Shown piece after piece: positions 49,198 to 56,995 of a DNA stretch of 64,000 bases. A program made the position numbers and the translations under genes. The notes beneath the pieces were generated by a model that saw only the letters and a program-made list of their open reading frames with translations, was not told the origin of the DNA and did no database searches. The stretch is from Obrimoposthia wandeli (Eukaryota): contig CDROCS010005637.1 in assembly GCA_977020255.1 (NCBI GenBank), positions 1-64,000 of the forward strand. The letters are read 5' to 3'. How positions within the stretch are numbered: the first letter of the stretch is position 1; every line of letters begins with the position of its first letter.

Positions 49198-51390
49198 ATG
49201 CGATATGCACTTAAACAACTTGATGAGTTGACCACTGCACACTTAGGCGCAGTAATGATGCCACGAGCAGCTGCGCGGATTATTCGCCGCCAAGCGGGAA
49301 TGGGTCATCGAGACAACATTGCCAAGCTGGTTCAGCATCGTAAAAAAGTCGGGCAAAAACGACCCAATGCTGATACGTTAGAGTTAATCGCTAAATGTAT
49401 TGAAACGGGTAAACTGGTTTTAATTCGTATACCGGCACCAGTCATATCAAGTGTTGTTTCGCCAAGTGGTAATGTCAATCACATGTTACCAAGAGCCTTG
49501 GCTAACAAGGTTCATGCGTTAGCCGAACTCATACTGGTCGAAGATATTGAAAATCATATCAGGAATGAAAACAGCGTAAATCAATCAGGTGGATATACCA
49601 GTGCACCTGCGGTTGTTGCTGCGACAACTGCCAGCACAGCACCTGCTGGGAGCCGGAGTATGGCTAATGCGGCTGCGGCCCCAACTACTGCACAGATAAA
49701 AGAATCAATCACATTAACCTATGACTATGTTGATGGACAACCTACCGAAGATGTCCCCTATATAGTTAATCATGCGGGTGATATATACGAAGGTGTACTG
49801 AGTGCAGGGCGTGCGCTTATCTCTGATGTTGACCCTGGTTCATATTCTGTTGAGTACAAAGCGGTTGATGAAAATGAAATTGTTACATTAAGAAATGAAC
49901 TAAAAACTAATTTAGACGGGATGATTGCAGAAGTAAAAGCAAAAGCAAAAATCCAAGAAGCATTAATAGAGAAAGAAAGTTATGTGCTGCAGGGACTTAT
50001 TTATTCTGGTGCCTTTTTTACTGGTTTATACGAGAGTGGCAGCAGTATTGCGAGCGGACTTGTTGAAGCTGTAGAATCAGGTGCTGAATTTGCTTTTGAT
50101 GTCGGTGCAGCTTGTTGGCGAATACTTAAGCTTTTAGGTACGGGTGATTTAGCCGGTTTACGTCGTGAGTTTCAAGATATTGCCAAGCAGGGCGGCGAAA
50201 CATTTGACGCAATAAAAGATTGTTTCAAAACACTCTATATTATCGCTATGGATGGAGAGTCTCGGTCTTTGCTGGCTGATTTCCCTGAAGCCTACTTCGA
50301 TGCCCATTCAAGTGTTGAGAAAAAAAGGTTAGTCGGGAAGCTCGCGTTTGAGGTTATCTTTGCAATAGCAACATTTGGAGCTGGTGCTGCGGTATCTGCA
50401 ATTGCCAAATCTAAATATTTTGTTAAAGCAGGTCAAGCGCTGCAAGATATTACTAAGCACATTAAATTAGAGAAACTGAACCATAAGCGCGATGGAACAA
50501 CTAATGATGATGTGCTTGATGAAGCAGAGCGTATTGATGATGAGTTGGTGCTTTTACCACCCGTTAATATGGGGGTACTACATGCTCAAAAACTAATAGA
50601 CGAATTACCAGAGGATATTAGAGGCAATTACCGTGTTCATACCAACGCTGATGGTAAAGTTATCGTGGTAAGGAAGGATGGTAGTAAACCGCCTAAATTA
50701 CGCTATGTAAACGGCGAGTTGGTCACCGCAAGTGACAACGTGAGTGTGTTTGCCGCGATAAAAGAAAAACTCAACATTAGCCATGCAGATTTGAAGCCTG
50801 AACAGGTTAAAGAGCTTAAGTCTCTTGAAGCAGAGCGAAATCTTGCTGTTGTTAAACGTGATAAGGCACTGTTAAGTGGGGACGATGTTGCACTTAAGGT
50901 GGCTCAACAAGAAATGCGAAATGCCAGTGAACGTATTGGCGAGTCTGCAGGTCGAATTTATGTCGGTAATAATTATCCAAATGCCAAGCCGCTAGATGCG
51001 GGATTATTGAATAACAGTAAACAAGGGCAGTTTGACCAAATCTATCTAGACGGTGATAAGATAATTGTGATTGAAGCCAAAGGTGGTGGCGCGACTTGGG
51101 GTAGTAAGAAAGTTGGTGTAGAAGTTGCGCAACAGGGCTCGTCAGATTATTTAGATTCTACCATCAAAAATTATAATGTCACTCTGGAGAAAGCATCAAA
51201 TGACCCGCGATTAGATGCTCCTGGCCATGAAGCGTTTACTGCTAAAGTGGACAAATTGGAAGAAACGGTTGCTGCATTGAATAATGCGAGCGATAGTAAG
51301 TCAATAGAGTACATTGGCGTAAAACAAAAAGTAACCGATACAGGTTTAAAAGACAGTATTGTTATATTTAAATTTGAGTTGGGTTTTTAG
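49198..51390 (+). CDS. T6SS effector with a C-terminal PD-(D/E)xK-fold nuclease toxin domain
   Basis: C-terminal E..G(E)..GQFDQIY..IIVIEAKGG..G..QQGS.DYL motif, central hydrophobic region and an immunity gene immediately downstream. Confidence 0.75.
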   Translation: MRYALKQLDELTTAHLGAVMMPRAAARIIRRQAGMGHRDNIAKLVQHRKKVGQKRPNADTLELIAKCIETGKLVLIRIPAPVISSVVSPSGNVNHMLPRALANKVHALAELILVEDIENHIRNENSVNQSGGYTSAPAVVAATTASTAPAGSRSMANAAAAPTTAQIKESITLTYDYVDGQPTEDVPYIVNHAGDIYEGVLSAGRALISDVDPGSYSVEYKAVDENEIVTLRNELKTNLDGMIAEVKAKAKIQEALIEKESYVLQGLIYSGAFFTGLYESGSSIASGLVEAVESGAEFAFDVGAACWRILKLLGTGDLAGLRREFQDIAKQGGETFDAIKDCFKTLYIIAMDGESRSLLADFPEAYFDAHSSVEKKRLVGKLAFEVIFAIATFGAGAAVSAIAKSKYFVKAGQALQDITKHIKLEKLNHKRDGTTNDDVLDEAERIDDELVLLPPVNMGVLHAQKLIDELPEDIRGNYRVHTNADGKVIVVRKDGSKPPKLRYVNGELVTASDNVSVFAAIKEKLNISHADLKPEQVKELKSLEAERNLAVVKRDKALLSGDDVALKVAQQEMRNASERIGESAGRIYVGNNYPNAKPLDAGLLNNSKQGQFDQIYLDGDKIIVIEAKGGGATWGSKKVGVEVAQQGSSDYLDSTIKNYNVTLEKASNDPRLDAPGHEAFTAKVDKLEETVAALNNASDSKSIEYIGVKQKVTDTGLKDSIVIFKFELGF

Positions 51391-51417
51391 GGATGGGTTA
51401 CGAATGGACTTGATATT

Positions 51418-52257
51418 ATGATTAAAACACATTACACGTCGAATGATAGAATCTATAATCGGTTTATGAAAGAGTATGATAAATTTCAGTTGAGATCGGT
51501 TTCAAATTTACAAGATGACGCCGCTTGGAGTGCACCAATTCAGTTTGCTCGAAACATCGAAGCTCTTGCTAAAGAATCGTTTCGTAATGGAGAAACGGAG
51601 GAAGCTTGGTTGTATCTGAATCGAGCCACTCAGTTAGGTATGGGGATATTTCAAAGCAATGCTCATGACGGTATCGCATTTCCGTTTGAGTTTGATAATG
51701 AATACCTTGAGGTGGTGGGAAAGAAAACCAGTAAGCGTACTAATGATACGGATTGGTTAAGAGCTTTATTTTGCGCCATCATTCGACGCAATCAGGGCGC
51801 AATTGATTTTTTAATGACGGTGGATAATGAGGTGTTTACTCACTCTAGTCAGGCACCGCAAAATACCCCGTTTGATTATGCATTGGCTGATTTATTTCGC
51901 GCAGTGTTTAGAGGCGGTGATTTACCGCTAGCACTGAAAGCGGCCATGACCAGTTTTGACCCGGACATTTACCATAAAGAAGCGTATCTTTATGTCAGTC
52001 GTTTAGAATGGCCTTTGGTTGCAATAATGCGAACTATCTTCACTGCGAATGCAGAGGTTGAGTTTAACCAAACAATGGAAAAGGCATTGGTTCTGCACAA
52101 GGAATACTACTGTACAGACGAGAACGACTGTGATTATTTGGGTGTTATCCCTTTAGGCTTAACCGCGCTGGCGGCACTGGCTTATGACCATAAGGGCTAT
52201 AAAATCACGGTTGAAAATGAATACATTCCCAAGTGGTTGGTTGAGATTGACGGTTAA
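51418..52257 (+). CDS. Imm49-family immunity protein
   Basis: All-alpha; W..AL.CAII.R and PLGLTALAALAYD..GYKITVENEYIPKWLV C-terminus. No signal peptide. Confidence 0.8.
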   Translation: MIKTHYTSNDRIYNRFMKEYDKFQLRSVSNLQDDAAWSAPIQFARNIEALAKESFRNGETEEAWLYLNRATQLGMGIFQSNAHDGIAFPFEFDNEYLEVVGKKTSKRTNDTDWLRALFCAIIRRNQGAIDFLMTVDNEVFTHSSQAPQNTPFDYALADLFRAVFRGGDLPLALKAAMTSFDPDIYHKEAYLYVSRLEWPLVAIMRTIFTANAEVEFNQTMEKALVLHKEYYCTDENDCDYLGVIPLGLTALAALAYDHKGYKITVENEYIPKWLVEIDG

Positions 52258-52286
52258 CACTTAAGTTAGAGTTTATACGAAATGCG

Positions 52287-52316
52287 AAATACACTTCAAT
52301 CGAGGTGTATTTTTTT
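52287..52316 (+). terminator. Intrinsic terminator after the toxin-immunity pair
   Basis: AAATACACTT-caatcg-AGGTGTATTT followed by a T run. Confidence 0.7.
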
Positions 52317-52335
52317 GTCTTAAATTCATGCTTTT

Positions 52336-52384
52336 ATAGTGAATAGTGAATAGTGAATAGTGAATAGTGAATAGTGAATAGCGA
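52336..52384. repeat. Heptamer VNTR (ATAGTGA) x6 perfect plus 1 imperfect
   Basis: Direct reading, ~70 bp upstream of the ARH start. Confidence 0.95.
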
Positions 52385-52456
52385 AGAGTGTAAATTGGTA
52401 TTCTTGTTCTCATCTAAAGCGTTTTAAAACACTTATTGGTAATATGGAATGAAAAT

Positions 52457-53641
52457 ATGATGTTAGATGATAATGGTAACCCTATCCCTAAAGAGATCGA
52501 AGATTATTTAAAACGTTTAGAATTAGTTCCCAATGATCTTCGTTTCCCTCATATGACAAATAAATTCACAGGTTCAAGAATACCTACTAAAACACAATGG
52601 ATGGACAAATATTTCGTATTCCGTAAAGCAGTGCCAAACCCAACAGATGAAGAATGCAAAGACTACTATCAACGAATTAATATAGATTGTGATGATGATA
52701 TAAATCGTTTTCGAGGTGCCCTGATAGGTACAGCAATTGGGGATGCTCTGGGCACTACATTAGAGTTTACAGTGCCAGGTTCATTTACGCCTATTGATGA
52801 CATAGTTGGTGGTGGTCCATTTAACCTGAAAGCGGGGCAATGGACAGATGATACCAGCATGATGTATTGCCTTGCTCACAGCCTTGTCCGTACAGGGGAA
52901 TGTGACCTCAATGATCAGATGTCATTATATTCTCGCTGGTGGAAGGATGGCGTGTTTAGTGTAAATGGTGAGTGCTTTGATATTGGCAATACAGTTGTAT
53001 CTGCACTGCAACGGTATGCTCGAACTGGCGACCCTAAGTCTGGTGATACACATCCAATGTCAGCAGGTAATGGCTCATTAATGCGACTCGCACCTATTCC
53101 AATTCGTTATTTTGATAGTTTTGAAGAGACAGTCAAGTATGCAGCGTTAAGTTCTATAACTACACATGCAGCAACAGAAGCCGTTGATGCTTGCAGGTAT
53201 TTTTCTGGCCTACTTTGGGGGGCGTTACATGGTGTGAGTAAATCGGTACTTTTAGATGGAATTTACTCACCGATTGAAAACTATTGGAATAATAATCCAT
53301 TATGCTCGTCGTTGGTAAAAATGTTAACTAGCGAAGATTACAAAGTAAAATCTGCACAGCAAATCAGAGCTAGCGGTTATGTTATGCATACTCTAGAAGC
53401 AGTGCTCTGGGCTTTCTATAATACTGACAATTTTAAGTCTGGCGCACTCAAGGCTGTAAATTTAGGTGAAGATGCTGATACCACAGGTGCAGTTTATGGG
53501 CAGTTAGCGGGTGCGTTTTATGGTGAAAGGGTAATTCCATTTAAGTGGACAAGAAAAATTGCCGAAGCACATGTTTTTTATTTAAAAGCTGAAGAATTAA
53601 AAGAGCTGGTGTTGGCTAAACGCTCAAAAGGATCTCTTTAG
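52457..53641 (+). CDS. ADP-ribosylglycohydrolase (ARH/DraG/Tri1-like) with a ~75-aa N-terminal extension
   Basis: ATG 52457 after GGA; GALIGTAIGDALG, GGGPF, WTDDTSM, CFDIGNT, GNGSLMR, SGYV..LEA and GEDADTTGAVYGQLAGA. Confidence 0.92.
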   Translation: MMLDDNGNPIPKEIEDYLKRLELVPNDLRFPHMTNKFTGSRIPTKTQWMDKYFVFRKAVPNPTDEECKDYYQRINIDCDDDINRFRGALIGTAIGDALGTTLEFTVPGSFTPIDDIVGGGPFNLKAGQWTDDTSMMYCLAHSLVRTGECDLNDQMSLYSRWWKDGVFSVNGECFDIGNTVVSALQRYARTGDPKSGDTHPMSAGNGSLMRLAPIPIRYFDSFEETVKYAALSSITTHAATEAVDACRYFSGLLWGALHGVSKSVLLDGIYSPIENYWNNNPLCSSLVKMLTSEDYKVKSAQQIRASGYVMHTLEAVLWAFYNTDNFKSGALKAVNLGEDADTTGAVYGQLAGAFYGERVIPFKWTRKIAEAHVFYLKAEELKELVLAKRSKGSL

Positions 53642-53872
53642 ATACCAACGCTCTATCGCCCCACATGAGTAGCCTAAAGTATGACAAAGGTACTAATTTA
53701 ACGCGTTTCATTGGGATTGATTCGCGATCAAGGTTAGTATAAGTAATTGATTATTCCTTGGTTAAGGATTCAACCTCGGCAAAAATTCCCAAGATATTTA
53801 AATATGCAGATTCCTGCGTATGTTGAATTGCTTGAGGAATTCAAACTTCACTTAAGTTAAATGGATTTAGCG

Positions 53873-55840
53873 ATGCAGTACACACTTAAAAATATCAACG
53901 AACTTAGGGTGGCAGATCTTAAAACGGTCATGCGTCCTGCTGCTGCCGTCCGCTTAATACAGGGTCAGTCAGAACTTGGGGCAAACCCCAATATTACTAA
54001 TGTAACCGACTTTAATGTTGGCACTAATAACAATTCAGCCAATAATAATAACGTTGATCAACTATCACGTCATCTTGAAACGGGTAATGTTGTCATTGTA
54101 CAAAGTGATCCTTTGGATGAATTATCGGTTTTATCATCTGTTGGTCGATTAAGCACTAATTTACCTGAAGCATTAAGTTCAAAAGTTAAAGATCTATTTG
54201 TTGCTGTGCGTTCAACGAGTAGTATAAACAGATCAATTCCATATGAACTTATCTCTAAGCAATCCGCTATTAGTAGTTTGGCTGCAGAGCAACAAGCAAA
54301 GGCTGATGTCAATGCGGCAAACAAGACTGACGCTCACCCTTCAGCTTCAAGGGTAAACAACCCTGAGACAAATACCGCAAATGCATCAAATGGTGCTTCT
54401 ACCAGATCATCTAATCCCTATCAGAGTAATCATACACCGGTGCTCTACTATGAAATAAATGTTGAATTTGCAGGTCAGTGGGCAAGGAACAGTGCTTCAT
54501 TGTTTTTAGAGAAAACGAATGAACAAGATAAAGCCAATGCAAGGCCAAGAGCCGATCGTAATCTTGATCATCGAAGTCTGTCCCGTTTTAAAAACATAGA
54601 TAATGAACCTCGAAATCTTTACTTAAATATACCAGACAAAAACCGTTCTGCACCATTGCAGTTGTTACTTGCTGAAAATATAGTCCCCGTCGAAAAAGAC
54701 ACTGAGATGGATGAGTGGGACAATGTATTGGTACCAGTTGTCCCTATGTATTATACCGATGGCGCAAAGACTAAAAAGAATGCGAAGGTATATGACTCTG
54801 GCTACATATATATTATCTGGCAAGGCAAATTATGGCGAGAACTTAAAGTTGCCCGTGGTGGTTATTTCCGAGATGTAGACCTTAATGCGACACATAAATC
54901 TCAGATGGCTGCTGCAAACACACAGACATACAGGCATGTTGATGTTGCACTAGTGGACGAAGAATATGGTCAATATTATTCATCTGAACCTTTTGAAGTG
55001 TGGGAAAAAGGTAAAAAAGTCTTTAGTGGAACGTTGGATATGTTCGGTCAAACCCGGCTGTTTGGTTTATCGGAACAAGAAGTAGATATCAAATTGCCCA
55101 AAGCAAATTGCACTGTCACTGTTGAAACAGAAAAAACTTCGAATGTAACACAAAAGACAGACCCTATTTACCGAGAGGCAAAGGGGGCATCTTTGCCTAA
55201 TGTTTTGTTGCCATACAAAATAATGGGTGAAGTACAGCAAGATCTTTATGCCATTTATAAAACAAAGCAACTATCAGATAGTCAGATCAGTTATTTAGAA
55301 TCAAACTACAAAGAGCAAGCTAAGCCTTTAGCTGAATTATCAAGTTACAGTGATAATCAATCTTTCGATTCAGCCAATGAAACTGTTTCTGCATTGGTAT
55401 TGCCATCAGAGGCGGAAAAAGATCCTGAAAGTTACAAATTAGTGAACAAACAAGTGGGCCAAAATATAGCCGCTATATTTTTAAACCCAGTAAATAAGGG
55501 TATCGAATTTAAATACCATACCAGTGATTTTCAACAATTTGGTTCGTCAGAGAATCAACCTGATGATTATTTTGAATTACGTGATAGCCGAATTAAAGAT
55601 CAAACAGAAGAACAAAAGCAACAAGCAGCAAATGAAGATGAAAAACCACTTTGGAAACAAACTGTGTCATTACTGGATTGTGAAGATATTGAAAGCGGAA
55701 TCAAATCTATCCGCTTTTCTTCGGTTCCAGGCGATGTCAAAGAGGTTGATCTAATTCGTGGCAATAAAGTGCAAGGTGAGAATGATGAGTACACCTTCTT
55801 TTATATTTATGAAAATGTACCCGCCGCTGAATTTGCTTAA
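53873..55840 (+). CDS. MIX-domain T6SS co-effector, VP1388-like
   Basis: ATG 53873 after GGA; EWDNVLVPVVP..SGYIYIIWQGKLWRELKV..GYFRDVDL MIX-type motif. First gene of a three-gene unit. Confidence 0.75.
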   Translation: MQYTLKNINELRVADLKTVMRPAAAVRLIQGQSELGANPNITNVTDFNVGTNNNSANNNNVDQLSRHLETGNVVIVQSDPLDELSVLSSVGRLSTNLPEALSSKVKDLFVAVRSTSSINRSIPYELISKQSAISSLAAEQQAKADVNAANKTDAHPSASRVNNPETNTANASNGASTRSSNPYQSNHTPVLYYEINVEFAGQWARNSASLFLEKTNEQDKANARPRADRNLDHRSLSRFKNIDNEPRNLYLNIPDKNRSAPLQLLLAENIVPVEKDTEMDEWDNVLVPVVPMYYTDGAKTKKNAKVYDSGYIYIIWQGKLWRELKVARGGYFRDVDLNATHKSQMAAANTQTYRHVDVALVDEEYGQYYSSEPFEVWEKGKKVFSGTLDMFGQTRLFGLSEQEVDIKLPKANCTVTVETEKTSNVTQKTDPIYREAKGASLPNVLLPYKIMGEVQQDLYAIYKTKQLSDSQISYLESNYKEQAKPLAELSSYSDNQSFDSANETVSALVLPSEAEKDPESYKLVNKQVGQNIAAIFLNPVNKGIEFKYHTSDFQQFGSSENQPDDYFELRDSRIKDQTEEQKQQAANEDEKPLWKQTVSLLDCEDIESGIKSIRFSSVPGDVKEVDLIRGNKVQGENDEYTFFYIYENVPAAEFA

Positions 55841-55876
55841 ATTATTATTACCCATACAGGGAAAGTTAGGGATTTT

Positions 55877-56995
55877 ATGATGACGAATACAAAAAAAAAT
55901 ACCAAGAAGAATGCAACTTTATGTTTTTTACTGCCTCTAGTACTACTTTTCGCAGGGTGTGATAATAGTGAGCTAGAACCTGAAATCAAACCTAAAGCAG
56001 CGAAAGCAGTTGCTGTAGTCGATGATGGTCGTGTTTATGTTACCGAGCATAACTATGTTAAGTATGACGATAATAACGGCCGCCCAAGACATTATATTTT
56101 CAAGGCGAAAGAGTGGCCAAGAGAAGACATCAATGATGCCAGTTCTTACGACTTACCACGTACCGTTTTTCGCTGGAATAACCAGAAATCACCTGATGGT
56201 TCGAATGCTGAATATGAAAGTAGAGACAAGATCTGGAGTATCAAAACAGACGGCACAGATTTACGTCTAGTAGCAGATGACTTTCAAGGTTATGTACGAT
56301 ACATGCGCCGTTCACCGGACAATCGTTATTTAACTTATGCTTATTCAGGTATAGAAGGCACTCATAAGTCCTTGTTTGATCTGAAAACGGGTGAAACTAA
56401 GGTGTTGGCTACTTACCCTGGCCTGCCAATCTTCTTATGGGCCGAAGATAGCAGCTACTTCTATTATGCTAATGGGCGTAATTATTATAAATATGATATA
56501 GCATCAGGCGAAGAAGAAGTTGTTGATATTAGGATGTCGCAAAACTCGGTCATCTATGATGGAAAACGATTTGTAGTCAATGCGAAAGGTATTAGTGTCA
56601 TCGATGAAACAAATAATAACAGTTTATATTTCATTGTCCCTGAAAAAGGTGTTGATATGCAGCTTTCTAAATTTCATAAAAAGTCAATCAGTCCAACGGG
56701 ACGTTATGTCTGGGCAACAACCAGAGATAAGAAGTTTTTTATTGATACTAAGACCAAAAAAGTATTACGCATGCCATTGGATGACAAACGCTATATGAGA
56801 ATGGAGATGATAGGGCTTGGCGCTCATTATGGAGCAACAGGAGCTGCTCGTAGAGGGGTTGAAAAACGAGATGAAAATGGCAATAGAACATTTATTGTTA
56901 GGTGGGGTACCAAAGGCACAGGTCATACAGCATCACATCCTTCACTCTATAACGCTTTCGCTAATGACGGTGCTTTGCTAAAGGTGGACTTATAA
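55877..56995 (+). CDS. Lipoprotein beta-propeller (TolB-like) immunity protein, VP1389-like
   Basis: Lipobox LFAGC, WSIKTDGTDLR and SPDNRYL propeller repeats. TAATG-coupled to the downstream toxin. Confidence 0.7.
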   Translation: MMTNTKKNTKKNATLCFLLPLVLLFAGCDNSELEPEIKPKAAKAVAVVDDGRVYVTEHNYVKYDDNNGRPRHYIFKAKEWPREDINDASSYDLPRTVFRWNNQKSPDGSNAEYESRDKIWSIKTDGTDLRLVADDFQGYVRYMRRSPDNRYLTYAYSGIEGTHKSLFDLKTGETKVLATYPGLPIFLWAEDSSYFYYANGRNYYKYDIASGEEEVVDIRMSQNSVIYDGKRFVVNAKGISVIDETNNNSLYFIVPEKGVDMQLSKFHKKSISPTGRYVWATTRDKKFFIDTKTKKVLRMPLDDKRYMRMEMIGLGAHYGATGAARRGVEKRDENGNRTFIVRWGTKGTGHTASHPSLYNAFANDGALLKVDL

